From Pseudobdellovibrionaceae bacterium (lineage in GTDB: Bacteria; Bdellovibrionota; Bdellovibrionia; Bdellovibrionales; Bdellovibrionaceae): a stretch of DNA of 64,000 nt. The translations under genes were made by a program, and so were the position numbers. The notes beneath the pieces are model-generated. The model was not told the DNA's origin. It searched no databases and saw nothing but the letters and a program-made list of their open reading frames with translations. The DNA lies in the NCBI GenBank assembly GCA_044359815.1, contig JBIKLL010000001.1, positions 81,481 to 145,480 on the forward strand, given 5' to 3'. Within the stretch, counting starts at the first letter, position 1, and the number at the start of each line of letters is the position of its first letter. This document shows, piece after piece, positions 26,938 through 37,957 of the stretch.

Positions 26938-27890
26938 AGTTTAAAATAACCTCTTGCCATTTGGACATCCTTTTCAATCTGCTTGATCAGCTGATCCACT
27001 GATGAAAACTTCATTTCTTTTCTGACGTTGTGGTGAAAATCAATCTGAAGTTCTTGACCATAAAGATCTCCCTTAAAATCCAAAATATGAGTTTCAAGTT
27101 TTCTGAATGTTCGGTCAAAAGTGGGTGCAGTGCCTATGTTGGTGATGGACAAGAAATCTTGCTCTGCCGTTTGAGTTTTGGTCACATACACTCCGTTTTC
27201 AATCAACTCAGAATCCGAAATTTCCATATTAACTGTAGGAAACCCAATCTGAGCGCCGCGCGAGTCCCCCCTTTGCACAGGGCCCCTGACAAAATACGGA
27301 AACCCCAACATAGCCCTAACCTGCTCCATATCGCCGGCTTGCAAACAATCCCTAATCCTTGATGAAGATATGGGTCCATCATGAAAAAGCACCGCTGACT
27401 GAATCTCAAACTTCATTTTTAATTCTCGAGTTTTATTGGCCAGCCAGGCAATGGTCCCCTGCCGGTTTTTGCCAAAAGCAAAATCATGGCCCACACACAA
27501 AAAACTGGGTTTAAACAACTGCCAAACATACTGATCAAAAAACTGCTCAGCACTGAGCTGACTGAGCTCTTTGGTAAACTGGATTCTGACCACAATGTCC
27601 ACTCCGAATCGATTTAATAAAAAATCCTGCTCTTGCTGCCTAAAAATCTGTTTCTTGACTGAATCTGGCTTAAGTACTTCTGAAGGATGAGGGTGAAAGC
27701 TAACCAGCACCGAACACCCACTGTGTCCTTTTGCCCAATTGGTTGATTTTTTGATAAGCGCTTGGTGCCCTAAATGGACTCCATCAAAGTTTCCCAATGT
27801 CAGGGAGACCTTTTTACCGTTAATCAGCTCACTAAAATCCTGAGCTATTTTCAAATTGGGTTGTTCAGTTAAATGAATAGCTTTCATCAT
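26934..27890 (-). CDS. ribF: Bifunctional riboflavin kinase/FAD synthetase
   Basis: GNFDGVHLGHQ, VGHDFAFG, ISSSRIR, GFPTVN, ETHILDF. Confidence 0.97.
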   Translation of the reverse strand: MMKAIHLTEQPNLKIAQDFSELINGKKVSLTLGNFDGVHLGHQALIKKSTNWAKGHSGCSVLVSFHPHPSEVLKPDSVKKQIFRQQEQDFLLNRFGVDIVVRIQFTKELSQLSAEQFFDQYVWQLFKPSFLCVGHDFAFGKNRQGTIAWLANKTRELKMKFEIQSAVLFHDGPISSSRIRDCLQAGDMEQVRAMLGFPYFVRGPVQRGDSRGAQIGFPTVNMEISDSELIENGVYVTKTQTAEQDFLSITNIGTAPTFDRTFRKLETHILDFKGDLYGQELQIDFHHNVRKEMKFSSVDQLIKQIEKDVQMARGYFKL

Positions 27891-27933
27891 TTGATTCCTT
27901 TTGCTATGATGACTAAATACTGGAAATCTTTCA

Positions 27934-29733
27934 ATGAATTTTATTTTTAAGCAGATTCAAACAAGGCTGATGTGGGTTTTTGGCTTCTTTCAAAGAAGGC
28001 AAAAGATTCTAGTCAGAGCTTTGTTATGTTGGGTCATTGCCTGTGCCTCGCTGCTGAATGACGAAATGAGTTCTTTTGACCAAAGGTTTCAGATCAGGGG
28101 AACTCAGAATTTTTCAGAGCAGATAGCAATCGTGACTGTGGCATTGAGTGAAATTGATCCCAAAAATAATCTGAACTCTTTGCAAATTGAAGTCTCTGAA
28201 AGAAAGTACTGGAACAAAGAAATTTGGTTTAAAGTGCTCTCACACATACTGGCTATGGAACCCAAAGGCATAGGAATATTATTTCAGTTTGCAGATCTGA
28301 ATGAATCTCAAAGACTGACCAAGGCTGAAAGAGAAGTCTTTCAAAACCCCAAGGTCATTTGGGCAACGGAACTGAACATTATCGACAGAAAAAATTTCGT
28401 TGAGTTGGAGCAGAATCCTTTCAGATTTTTGGGACATATCGAATTCAAACATGATGAAGACGGTATTATCCGCAGATTTGCATCGACTTCCTCTGAGCAT
28501 TTGCATATCGCTGAAAGACTCAGCGGACAGGTCTTTATACCCAACCGTTCTAGTTTTATTAATTTCAGAGGCCCTTTTAAAGGGGTGCAGTTAACAGCTT
28601 CACAAATTATGACAGATCAGGCATCGACCATGCCCTTAAAAGGCAAATATGTTTTGATTGGGGCACCTAATTTTGGATCAAACAGATATCTGACACCCAT
28701 GGGCCCCAGTAACAAATTAGAAATTGTCGCCAATGTTTTAGATAATTTTTTAGAGCACCGATGGATCAAACGAGCCTCAAACATTTTTTATTACATAGGA
28801 TTGTTGATTCTGTCGTTTTTAGCTTTGTTTATCGTCACTCAGTATCCACAGTCAGTGGCAGGTTTTTTGATGGTTTGGCTGGCCACTTTGATCGTAGCAC
28901 TTTCGATTTGGATTTTTGATTCGTTTTATTTATGGTTACCAATTCTATCCCCATTAATTTTACTGTTCACCAGCTGGATTGTTTTAACTGGGTATCAAGC
29001 CAATAAAATCGAACGCCAAAACTGGCAGCTGCAACAGGAACAAGACTATTTGCAAAAGCTGGAACAACTGAAGACCAACTTTATATCATTGATAAGTCAT
29101 GATTTAAAAACACCTATTGCCAAAATCCAAGCGGTTGTTGCCAGATTGTTGTTAGAAAAGGAAAAATCAGCTTCTGAAAAAGAACTTTTAAATCTGAAGT
29201 CTTACGGCGAAGAACTGCATAGATACATTGAATCTATATTGAAACTACTACGAGCCGAGGCAAAAGATTTCAAAATCAGTAAAGACATTTGTGATTTTAA
29301 TGAGATGATTGAAAGGGTCGTAGAACAACTCAGGCCTCTGGCAATCGAGAAAAAACAGACCCTAAATCTTAATTTAGAACCACTGTTTACCATCGAATTA
29401 GATTCAGTATTAATCAGCGAAGTGATTCTGAATCTGGTAGAAAACGCTATAAAGTACACTCCTGAAGGGGGCATGATATCTGTTTCTAGCTATGAAAAAG
29501 AAGATAAAGTCTATTTTGAAGTTCAGGACAACGGCGAGGGCATTCCGCCAGAGGAAGTCGAAAACATGTTTAATAAGTTTGTGCGGGGAAAATCACAGGA
29601 CCTTAAAACAAAGGGCAGCGGCCTGGGGCTGTATTTAGTTAAGTATTTTATAGAACTTCATGAGGGAAGGGTGTATTTAGAAAGCCAATTGGGACAGGGT
29701 ACAAAATTAACTTTTTACATCCCGTTAAAGTGA
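27934..29733 (+). CDS. CHASE2-domain sensor histidine kinase
   Basis: Extracellular domain (DEDGIIRR, LKGKYVLIG, YLTPMG), three TM helices, SHDLKTP H-box, ENAIKY, GSGLGL. Confidence 0.88.
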   Translation: MNFIFKQIQTRLMWVFGFFQRRQKILVRALLCWVIACASLLNDEMSSFDQRFQIRGTQNFSEQIAIVTVALSEIDPKNNLNSLQIEVSERKYWNKEIWFKVLSHILAMEPKGIGILFQFADLNESQRLTKAEREVFQNPKVIWATELNIIDRKNFVELEQNPFRFLGHIEFKHDEDGIIRRFASTSSEHLHIAERLSGQVFIPNRSSFINFRGPFKGVQLTASQIMTDQASTMPLKGKYVLIGAPNFGSNRYLTPMGPSNKLEIVANVLDNFLEHRWIKRASNIFYYIGLLILSFLALFIVTQYPQSVAGFLMVWLATLIVALSIWIFDSFYLWLPILSPLILLFTSWIVLTGYQANKIERQNWQLQQEQDYLQKLEQLKTNFISLISHDLKTPIAKIQAVVARLLLEKEKSASEKELLNLKSYGEELHRYIESILKLLRAEAKDFKISKDICDFNEMIERVVEQLRPLAIEKKQTLNLNLEPLFTIELDSVLISEVILNLVENAIKYTPEGGMISVSSYEKEDKVYFEVQDNGEGIPPEEVENMFNKFVRGKSQDLKTKGSGLGLYLVKYFIELHEGRVYLESQLGQGTKLTFYIPLK

Positions 29734-29772
29734 TACCTGGTTTTTGCTAAGAATTATTTGAGAAGGTGTTAA

Positions 29773-31161
29773 ATGGAAAAATTATCAGTATTGATTGTCG
29801 ATGATGAAGAAGTCCTAAGACAAAATGTTGCGGCGACTTTAAAATCACATTTGTCTGATATTAGTTTTACAGTGACTGAAGCGGTGAACGGCAAACAGGC
29901 CATAGACCTGGTTGATCAAGGTAAATTTGATTTGGTATTGATGGATGTTAAAATGCCTGAGCTGGACGGTTTGGAAGCCCTGAAAATTATCAAGGAGCAT
30001 GACCCCAGTACCTTTGTTGTTATCATGACGGCTCACGGAAATCTGCAAGACGCTATCACCGCCATCAAGGAAGGGGCTTATGACTATCTGGAAAAACCAG
30101 TGCAGCCAGAAAAGCTTTCGCAACTGGTCCGAAGGGCCTTGGAAGCCAGAGAAATGGTTTCAAGCCTAGCCTTATCAAATCCTATTTTTGATGACGATCT
30201 GGATACAGACTTTGTAGGTAACTCGCAGAAAATGAAAGAGGTCTACAATCTGATTTACAAACTGTGCAAGGTCGACACAACTGTTTTGGTTCGCGGGGAA
30301 AATGGAACTGGCAAGGAACTGGTAGCCAAGGCCATCCATTTAAACTCACACCGCAAAGGCGGTCAGTTTGTGGCAATAAACTGTGGAGCTATCCCTGAAA
30401 ATCTGATGGAAAGTGAACTGTTTGGTCACGAAAAAGGAGCCTTCACAGGAGCTAGCGAAAGACGAGTGGGAAAGTTTCAATTGGCTAACAACGGAACCTT
30501 GTTTTTGGATGAAGTTGCAGAGCTTAAGCCCGAAATGCAGGTGAAGCTGTTGAGAGTCCTGCAGGAAAAAACTTTTGTACCCGTAGGTGGCAATCGCGAA
30601 GTTAAAACCAACACTCGAATTATAGCCGCCACAAATCAGAATATTGAAAAAATGATGGAGGACGGACAGTTTCGAGAAGACCTGTTTTACCGTCTGAACG
30701 TTATGCCGATTTTTTTACCGCCATTACGCGACCGAAAAGAAGATTTACCTTCACTTGTTCAACACTTTATTAAAAAGTTTTCAAAAATTCATTCTTCAAA
30801 AATTGCCAACATTTCGGTTGATGCTTTAAAGCTACTTACCGAATACCGCTGGCCTGGAAATATCAGGGAACTGGAAAATACAATTGAACGGGCTTTTATT
30901 GTGGAATCAGGCAGTCAGATTGAAGCAGCCTCATTGCCAGACCAAATCCGCTTTGTAAAAACTGAAACAATCAGCAAAGATCAAAACCGAGAATTAAATT
31001 TTGAAACATTTAAAGAAAGTTCTGAAAAGGAATTTATCATTAGCGCGTTGATGGCCAACAAAGGTAAAATCAATCAAACCGTGGCTCACGCAAATATTCC
31101 TAAAAACACTTTGCTGAGAAAAATCAGAAAATATAATATTGATCCAGAAGATTATAAATAA
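29773..31161 (+). CDS. Sigma-54-dependent (NtrC-family) response regulator
   Basis: Receiver domain, GENGTGKE, GAFTGA, WPGNIRELEN, C-terminal HTH. Confidence 0.95.
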   Translation: MEKLSVLIVDDEEVLRQNVAATLKSHLSDISFTVTEAVNGKQAIDLVDQGKFDLVLMDVKMPELDGLEALKIIKEHDPSTFVVIMTAHGNLQDAITAIKEGAYDYLEKPVQPEKLSQLVRRALEAREMVSSLALSNPIFDDDLDTDFVGNSQKMKEVYNLIYKLCKVDTTVLVRGENGTGKELVAKAIHLNSHRKGGQFVAINCGAIPENLMESELFGHEKGAFTGASERRVGKFQLANNGTLFLDEVAELKPEMQVKLLRVLQEKTFVPVGGNREVKTNTRIIAATNQNIEKMMEDGQFREDLFYRLNVMPIFLPPLRDRKEDLPSLVQHFIKKFSKIHSSKIANISVDALKLLTEYRWPGNIRELENTIERAFIVESGSQIEAASLPDQIRFVKTETISKDQNRELNFETFKESSEKEFIISALMANKGKINQTVAHANIPKNTLLRKIRKYNIDPEDYK

Positions 31162-32171
31162 CTGGAGCTCAGCACCTGATCTGGTTTAATTGAATTCATG
31201 CATTCATGTGTTCCAATAGGACAGCTTTCCGGACCGTGTTTGCCACAGGGCCTGCATTTTAGATTTTTATTTTCAATCAACTGCACATTCGGATTCCAAG
31301 GCACAAAACCCTGCTGGGGAACCGTAGGACCAAAAATCGAAACAGTGGGCGTGCCAACCAACCCTGCTAAATGCTGTGCCCCACTGTCATTGCACACAAT
31401 GGCCTTGCTACCTTTGATGACACACAAAGATTCAAGTAATGAAGTTTTTCCTGCCAAAATAAATTGTTCGTGCTGAGTGATTTGCTGACAAAGAGCTCGC
31501 TCCCCCGCAGAGCCCATTACATAAACAGGCCCCTTTTTACTCAATTGATCAAAAACTGCCTTGAAGGAATCAATCTTCCATCTTTTAGTGCCCCACTGAC
31601 TGCCAGGAAAAATTAAATAATAACCACCAGGCACCAGATTGTATTTTGCCAGACACTCTGACATCAGTGTTGGATTGACTGAAACACGACAGGGATTTTG
31701 CTTAGGGTTTAGGGAATGAATGATTTTATTGGTTCCAGAATCCATGGGCGACAGCAGACTGATCTGCCTTAGCGAATCCTGCAGACTGTGGTTTTTTGTA
31801 ATCAGATGCTGACAGGCAAAAAAATTCCAAAAACTTTTGAAGCCGACAACACGAGAACATTTAATTAATTTTAAAAACCTTAAAGAAGTCAAAGAACTGT
31901 GGGCCGTAAAAAACCAATCAGGCTTTAACAAATTAATTTTCTGAGCCGTGATTTGATAACTGCTGAAATCAGATTTTTTTATCCCCAGAACTTCATCGGC
32001 GACTGAAAGGGATTCAAAAAAAGACACAAATTCTTTCCGGCAAACAAAAATCAATCTGCAGTTTGGCGAAAATTCTTTGATACGATTTAAAACCGGAACT
32101 GCCAAACAAGCATCACCTAAAAAAGCTGGCTGATAGTAAACTATAGTTTTTAAATCAGATGAGGCATTCAT
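31152..32171 (-). CDS. Glycosyltransferase family 9 (WaaF-like LPS heptosyltransferase)
   Basis: AFLGDACL, PGSQWGTKRW, CNDSGAQHLA, SIFGPT, CRPC...CP.GTHECM. Confidence 0.9.
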   Translation of the reverse strand: MNASSDLKTIVYYQPAFLGDACLAVPVLNRIKEFSPNCRLIFVCRKEFVSFFESLSVADEVLGIKKSDFSSYQITAQKINLLKPDWFFTAHSSLTSLRFLKLIKCSRVVGFKSFWNFFACQHLITKNHSLQDSLRQISLLSPMDSGTNKIIHSLNPKQNPCRVSVNPTLMSECLAKYNLVPGGYYLIFPGSQWGTKRWKIDSFKAVFDQLSKKGPVYVMGSAGERALCQQITQHEQFILAGKTSLLESLCVIKGSKAIVCNDSGAQHLAGLVGTPTVSIFGPTVPQQGFVPWNPNVQLIENKNLKCRPCGKHGPESCPIGTHECMNSIKPDQVLSSSYL

Positions 32172-32172
32172 T

Positions 32173-33234
32173 TTAAGGTTGGCCAGGGTTTAGTTCGATG
32201 ACTTCAGACACTAAGGTTCCTATGCGGATTTTAGACTCAATTTTCAGAATGTATTTTCTGTCATCATCAGAAAGCCACATGTAATTGTCACCAGTGGGTT
32301 GAAACTTACCCTTTAGTTCCACCTGTGGTCTAATCACAATTGTGTTAAATTCGCCGATATCAGTCTTAATCCGCTCTTTCCTGATGGCTGTGGCTTTGAA
32401 AATCAGATTTTCATTGTCGTGAGCAATTCTGAACTGAATTTCTTTGCCCACATCCCACTGAAAAGTTCGTAAATAGTAAACTGTCGAATACACATTCTGA
32501 GAATACGGCAGCATATCCCACTCAAGCTTGCGCTCCTGCTCTCCATCTTGAGCCGTGACTTTCTTTTCCCAAAACTTGGCCTTTAAAGTGTTGAAATCAA
32601 AAAAGGCCCTGGCTTCACGGACCTGTGATTTTTCACGAACATGCAGGGTAAATACCGATGGCACCAGAGTTTCAAAATCAACCAATGTGGTCAGGGTGTC
32701 ATTGACCGAATAAAAACTAGAAAACAGCGAACTGGTTTTGATACCCATAAAAAAGTTGTAGGATTTTTTGCCATTAACCTCTGCAAAGGGCTTAACCTCG
32801 ATATTCATGGTCCCGGCAGTCACGTTAAAATAGTGGACCCTGTGAACCACCTTTTCGCCTGCCCTAAAAGGATCTTTGATAGGTCTTCTTCCAACAAAAC
32901 CTTCTGAGGGCTCAATGTCAGGCTGTCTTTTGTTTACGTCAACTTTCTCTGTACCCTTTGTGTTTGCTTTTGATTCCGACTTAGTTTCTGCCTTAGTTTT
33001 TGCCTTTGTAGGATTCTTGGCTGGCGAAGTCATGTTAGAAATTTTAACCGCTTCAGTTTCAACTAATTTTGATTCACCAGATGGTTTTTGATCCTCAGCT
33101 GGGATAAAGATTTTGACTTGATTTTCAAACTCTTCGTTTTTAGCGAGCTTTTCAGTATCAATATTTTTAAGCTTTTTGGATGCACATCCCAGCAGAATGA
33201 GGCAAAAAATAAAAGCTGAGTATTTGTTAATCAA
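32173..33234 (-). CDS. DUF3108-domain lipoprotein
   Basis: Lipobox LLGC if started at TTG 33234 (overlapping the lpxL stop); PFRAGEKVVH, ITDIGEF-like segment IKTDIGEF, WLSDDDRKYILKI. Confidence 0.75.
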   Translation of the reverse strand: MINKYSAFIFCLILLGCASKKLKNIDTEKLAKNEEFENQVKIFIPAEDQKPSGESKLVETEAVKISNMTSPAKNPTKAKTKAETKSESKANTKGTEKVDVNKRQPDIEPSEGFVGRRPIKDPFRAGEKVVHRVHYFNVTAGTMNIEVKPFAEVNGKKSYNFFMGIKTSSLFSSFYSVNDTLTTLVDFETLVPSVFTLHVREKSQVREARAFFDFNTLKAKFWEKKVTAQDGEQERKLEWDMLPYSQNVYSTVYYLRTFQWDVGKEIQFRIAHDNENLIFKATAIRKERIKTDIGEFNTIVIRPQVELKGKFQPTGDNYMWLSDDDRKYILKIESKIRIGTLVSEVIELNPGQP

Positions 33235-34109
33235 CCGAAAACCTTCCATCTTCTGTGCACCCACATCCATTGATCGGGATACTGCCTGACAATGGCTTCG
33301 ATTTTATCATTGTAGCTTTGTGTAAGCAGCTTAATTTGAGTGTCTTTGTCTGGATTTTCGATCAAAGGCAGTGGTTTTTCAAAAACCACGTGGGTGATAA
33401 AATCAGAATCCCTATAAACATGCACTGGCACCACCGGAGCCCCCGTGCGGATAGCAAATAAAGCCAGACCATAGGCCGTACCCGTTTTGCGACCAAAAAA
33501 TTCTGTTTCAATGCCGTAAGGAATGCTCATAAATTGATCCAGCACAAAGGCCACTGGTTGATTTTGCTTAAGGCATTTTAAAATGTCAAAAGCCGTTGAA
33601 TTACCATGGGGCTCGATAAATTTGACCCCCATTTTTTCCCTTATGCCAAACCAAAAATCATTGGCCAGTTTGTTTTTAAATTTTTTGGAAATCAGATTAA
33701 AAAATATTTTCTGATTCACCAACCGCACCACGCCCACATCGCCATTACCAACGTGCTGACTCAGAATCAAAACACCTTTTTTTGCCAACAAAGCTTCATT
33801 GAAATGCTCTAGTCCATAAAATCGCGTTTTATCAGATATTGTTTTATTAGATTCAAATGGCAGTAAGCAAATTTCCACAAAATTATAACAGAGGTTTCGC
33901 ATCGACTGTCTGGCAATAGTAAGCTTTTGTTCCTTTGAAAGATCAGGAAAAGCTATGGTTAAATTTCTGAGCACTGTGAATCTGCGGATTCTGAGGGCAT
34001 CAAACCAAAGCCATGCCATAAAACGGGCCCAACCCCATCTGACAAATGGGGGCATCAGCCAAAAAAATAATCCGACAACCTTAGACAACAAGCTTGCGAA
34101 AATATTCAT
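33231..34109 (-). CDS. lpxL: Lipid A late acyltransferase (LpxL/HtrB family)
   Basis: NLTIAFP, HVGNGD (HX4D), VLDQ, EFFG, YPDQWMWVHRRWK. Confidence 0.88.
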   Translation of the reverse strand: MNIFASLLSKVVGLFFWLMPPFVRWGWARFMAWLWFDALRIRRFTVLRNLTIAFPDLSKEQKLTIARQSMRNLCYNFVEICLLPFESNKTISDKTRFYGLEHFNEALLAKKGVLILSQHVGNGDVGVVRLVNQKIFFNLISKKFKNKLANDFWFGIREKMGVKFIEPHGNSTAFDILKCLKQNQPVAFVLDQFMSIPYGIETEFFGRKTGTAYGLALFAIRTGAPVVPVHVYRDSDFITHVVFEKPLPLIENPDKDTQIKLLTQSYNDKIEAIVRQYPDQWMWVHRRWKVFG

Positions 34110-35073
34110 ATAAAAACTCAGGAGGCTCGGGATGCCATTGAAGGCTTTGGCGAACCGTAGTAATTGGTTTTGTAAAAGTAAAATTCTGAAGCTTGGTAAA
34201 ATCTTTTTCAGTAGTCACTATATCCGTAACCGCCTCGGCCTTGGCATGTTGATTGATACTGGCAATGGCCCTTTGATCGTATTGGTAATGATCGGGAAAT
34301 TTTAAATGATAGAAAACTTTAAAATTAAATTGTTGAATGCTTTTTTCAAAATTATCGGGTCGAGCTATCCCACTGACCAATAACAGCTTTCTGGGAGCTG
34401 GCTGTAAATCCAATTCTGACAGATAATTCATGCAGCAAACTTTGGCTTTAAATGGCAATACAGATTTTATTTGCTCGATAACCTGAGGCTCTACCCAATT
34501 GCATTTCGTCAGCACAATCAACGATGCCCGCTCCAATGCAGAAATCGGTTCACGAGCCTGCCCCCAGGGGACTGTTTTCAAGGCCTCAACTCCCTGCGTG
34601 CAATCAATCAAAACAATGTCTAAATCTCTATGCAAACTTCTGTGCTGAAATCCATCATCAACAATCACAACCTGAGCTTTTATATTTTCATCAACATAAC
34701 TGGCTGCTTTGTATTTCTGCTGACTGACGACCACTGGGGTTTCGGGATGTCTGTTCGCAAGCCAAGTAGCTTCATCACCGTACAGTTCAGCACTGTCTTT
34801 TCGCGACCAATCCACTTTCACAGGATTGGTTGCCAAGGCCTTGTAACTGCGACTGATCACACAAGCCTTTAAGTTCATTTGCTCAAGCTCGCTCAATAGA
34901 AAATCGACAAAGGGAGTCTTGCCAGTTCCACCCATGGTCAAATTTCCCACGCTGATGACACAGGGTTTGATTCTGATTTGATCCAAAATAGCAGCGTCAT
35001 ACAGAAATTGATGAAACACGGTCAGCCCATCAACAACCTTAGAAAGAGGGTACTGAAACACTTTGGGAATCAT
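34081..35073 (-). CDS. lpxK: Tetraacyldisaccharide 4'-kinase
   Basis: VISVGNLTMGGTGKTP, GDEA, DDGFQH, FPDHY, TTEKD. Confidence 0.96.
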   Translation of the reverse strand: MIPKVFQYPLSKVVDGLTVFHQFLYDAAILDQIRIKPCVISVGNLTMGGTGKTPFVDFLLSELEQMNLKACVISRSYKALATNPVKVDWSRKDSAELYGDEATWLANRHPETPVVVSQQKYKAASYVDENIKAQVVIVDDGFQHRSLHRDLDIVLIDCTQGVEALKTVPWGQAREPISALERASLIVLTKCNWVEPQVIEQIKSVLPFKAKVCCMNYLSELDLQPAPRKLLLVSGIARPDNFEKSIQQFNFKVFYHLKFPDHYQYDQRAIASINQHAKAEAVTDIVTTEKDFTKLQNFTFTKPITTVRQSLQWHPEPPEFLYEYFRKLVV

Positions 35074-36218
35074 TGAACCTCCTGTAATAAATGAGTCGCG
35101 ACTTTTTCAGAAGCGCCCCGATTGCCTAACTTGAGCTTAATCTGTTTTAATTCCTGAACAGTGCTATTTCGCAAACTTTGGTCTTCAATGTACTTTGAAC
35201 ACAGTTGAAATAGTTCATCGACATTAGCTTGCCCCTGAAATCGCTCAGGGACCAAGGACTTTTGCAAAATTAAATTTGGCAAACCAAAATATTTAACCCC
35301 CCTGATCAATATCCTTGCTACCAAAGCCGTAAAGGCCTTCATGCGATAAATGATGACCATGGGCTTCTCCAACAAAGCCACTAACAGGGTCGCTGTGCCC
35401 GAGGTGGCTAAAATAAAATCGCACATCGAAATCATTTTTGAGGGATTGTCTTTTTGAACAATGATCGGAAATCTAACATCATCTAAAAATTGTTTAATAA
35501 ACTGAGGATCCACTGTGGGCGCCACAAGCACCATGATTTTTACATGGGGAAACTGATTTACAATCTTTTTGGCCACCTCAAGCTGCACAGGAAAATTGAG
35601 CATCAGTTCGCTGCGACGACTGCCAGGCATAATCCCGAATAAAAAATCAGAATCAGCAACACCACACTTAGTCCTGACTAGGCTTATGTGTTTTGGATTT
35701 AAAAATTCATCAGAAATTTCTTCCAAAATTGGATGACCAAAAAATTCGGCTTTTACCTGGTACTTTTTGTAAAAATCCAATTCAAAAGGAAACAATGTGA
35801 TCACGTGATCACAATATTTTTTAATTTTATAAACCCGACTGGTGCGCCAAGCCCAAATCTGAGGAGTCACGTAGTAAACAACCTTTAAGCCCATTTTTTT
35901 AAGTTCTTTGGCAAGCATCAGATTGAATTCAGGATAGTCCATTATGACTACTAATTCTGGCCTTAAGCGCTTGGCCTCGGAAACCAGGTCCTTAAATATT
36001 TTTTTCAGTTTACTGTATTGACCAGCGATTTCGACAATCCCCATGACAGCCATTTCTTCAGAATGGCCGATTCTGCGAAATCCCATTTTCTCCATCTGCA
36101 GATTACCAACACCAAACGCTTTCATTGACGGATTTTGCTTTTGCATCTCAGACAGCAATCTGACTGCATAACTGGCGCTCGAAGCTTCAGCAGCTATCAT
36201 CATCACATTGCCAATCAT
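35070..36218 (-). CDS. lpxB: Lipid-A-disaccharide synthase
   Basis: AAEASS, DYPEFN, PQIWAWR, FGHP, MPGSRRSE, TSGTATL. Confidence 0.96.
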   Translation of the reverse strand: MIGNVMMIAAEASSASYAVRLLSEMQKQNPSMKAFGVGNLQMEKMGFRRIGHSEEMAVMGIVEIAGQYSKLKKIFKDLVSEAKRLRPELVVIMDYPEFNLMLAKELKKMGLKVVYYVTPQIWAWRTSRVYKIKKYCDHVITLFPFELDFYKKYQVKAEFFGHPILEEISDEFLNPKHISLVRTKCGVADSDFLFGIMPGSRRSELMLNFPVQLEVAKKIVNQFPHVKIMVLVAPTVDPQFIKQFLDDVRFPIIVQKDNPSKMISMCDFILATSGTATLLVALLEKPMVIIYRMKAFTALVARILIRGVKYFGLPNLILQKSLVPERFQGQANVDELFQLCSKYIEDQSLRNSTVQELKQIKLKLGNRGASEKVATHLLQEVQ

Positions 36219-36223
36219 TAATT

Positions 36224-37141
36224 TCAGTCCTTAATTTTTTGAATGATTTTTTCGGTCCAAACCAAGGCCTGAAACCCGTCATCAGCACTGATCAACGGAG
36301 CCCTTTTATTTTTGATCGCTTGAACAAACTCCAGATTCTCTAACAACAAATGATCAGCTTTTTCCAACTGAGTTTTTACGGGAGCCGCAGTTCCTTCACA
36401 AATATGACATTCTAAATTAACTAAATTGACGTAGCCTTGAGCTTTCTCGCTATTAATTGTGATTGATCGATCCACATGGGGACTGACTCTAGAAACTTTG
36501 AATGAGGCTGACATGCCTGAATTCATTTTTAAAATAGCGCTGGCCCAATCCAATTGTTGGCTGACTACAGAACCACCATCAGAAACAAAATCCTTAACCC
36601 CTGATCTGTCCCAAGTAAAAAACAAATCCAAATCATGAATCATTAAATCATGCACTACAGAAACCTCTAGACTGCGATCCTTAAAAGGATTCAGTCTGCG
36701 AAATTCGACATGAGTGGGTTTGATGAATTTTTCCCTCAGAAATTTATAAGCGGGATTAAATCTTTCACTGTGCCCTACTGTTAAAATCAGTTTCTTGCTT
36801 TGAGCGATATTAATAATTTCCCGGGCTTCCGAGACCTTTTCACAGATAGGTTTTTCAACGTTAACATGCAGACCTAGCTCAAGACATTGCTTTGCCAGGG
36901 CAAAATGCGCAGGAGTGCTGGCCGAAATCACCACTGCTGCATTATTTTTGCAAAGCTCACCAACGGTAGAAAAAACTTTTTTCCCACCCCATTTTTCACA
37001 GGCCTGTTTTGCATTTTCATTTTTTTGATCAAAGACTCCGGTAAATTCCAGATGCCCAGCTTTTTCCAGTTCCAAAAGCTTTTGTCCATGAAACTGCCCC
37101 AGGTATCCGGCTCCAATCAGAGCTGTCTTGATGGCCGTCAC
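36224..37141 (-). CDS. Gfo/Idh/MocA oxidoreductase, GnnA-like
   Basis: IGAGYLGQFH, VEKP, VGHSERFNP, DLMIHDLD; sits between lpxA and lpxB. Confidence 0.85.
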   Translation of the reverse strand: MTAIKTALIGAGYLGQFHGQKLLELEKAGHLEFTGVFDQKNENAKQACEKWGGKKVFSTVGELCKNNAAVVISASTPAHFALAKQCLELGLHVNVEKPICEKVSEAREIINIAQSKKLILTVGHSERFNPAYKFLREKFIKPTHVEFRRLNPFKDRSLEVSVVHDLMIHDLDLFFTWDRSGVKDFVSDGGSVVSQQLDWASAILKMNSGMSASFKVSRVSPHVDRSITINSEKAQGYVNLVNLECHICEGTAAPVKTQLEKADHLLLENLEFVQAIKNKRAPLISADDGFQALVWTEKIIQKIKD

Positions 37142-37956
37142 TCTTCGTCGTCCAATCCGCCTTTTCGGGCAATGGCAATGCCTCGCTTTGAACTTTTGAT
37201 AAACTGAATCAGATAATTTAAATGATCACTGGAAACACATTCGTTCTGAATTCGAATGATGGCTTCCTCGGTGGTCTCGGATCCTAGGACAATAATTCGG
37301 ATAGCTTTGTGAATATTGGCAACCTCGTCTTTGGTAAAGCCATTTCGCAACAAACCAACTTTGTTGGTAGCGCTGATAAAACCATAGGTTCCATAAGCTC
37401 GAGCTCTCGCAAAAGGTATAATGTCTTTATTGATAACCGCACCGCCGGCAATAAAAGCAAACTTGCCAATTTTAGAAAACTGATTGAACGCGCAAACGCC
37501 ACCAATCACCACATTGTCTTCAATTGAAGTGTGTCCACCTAAATGAGTGTCATTAGCAATCACCACATTGTTAGCGATCTTACAATCATGTCCAATGTGA
37601 GTGTAGGTCATAAAATAGTTGTTGTTACCAATAGTCGTTTCCTTGTCGCCTTTTGAAGTCGCTAAATTCACAGTGGCAAATTCACGAAAATGATTGTTGT
37701 TTCCTATTTTAAGTCTGGTGACCTCTGTTTTATAAGTGATGTCCTGTGGAGGTCCACCAATCACGGCACCCGGTGAAAAATGATTGTTACTGCCAATTTC
37801 TACAACGCCATGCTTTGACCCTATGGTCACATGACCTTCAACCAAAGTCCCAGGTCCTATTTTTACTTTGCCCTGAATCAGGCAGTAAGGACCAATCTCA
37901 GCTCCATCAGCAACATCAACTTCACCTTGAATGACCGTAGATGGATGAATTTTCAT
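37138..37956 (-). CDS. lpxA: Acyl-ACP--UDP-N-acetylglucosamine acyltransferase
   Basis: Hexapeptide repeats, PPQDITYK, HIGHDC, LGGH; start taken at ATG 37956 just after the skp stop. Confidence 0.96.
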   Translation of the reverse strand: MKIHPSTVIQGEVDVADGAEIGPYCLIQGKVKIGPGTLVEGHVTIGSKHGVVEIGSNNHFSPGAVIGGPPQDITYKTEVTRLKIGNNNHFREFATVNLATSKGDKETTIGNNNYFMTYTHIGHDCKIANNVVIANDTHLGGHTSIEDNVVIGGVCAFNQFSKIGKFAFIAGGAVINKDIIPFARARAYGTYGFISATNKVGLLRNGFTKDEVANIHKAIRIIVLGSETTEEAIIRIQNECVSSDHLNYLIQFIKSSKRGIAIARKGGLDDEE

Positions 37957-37957
37957 T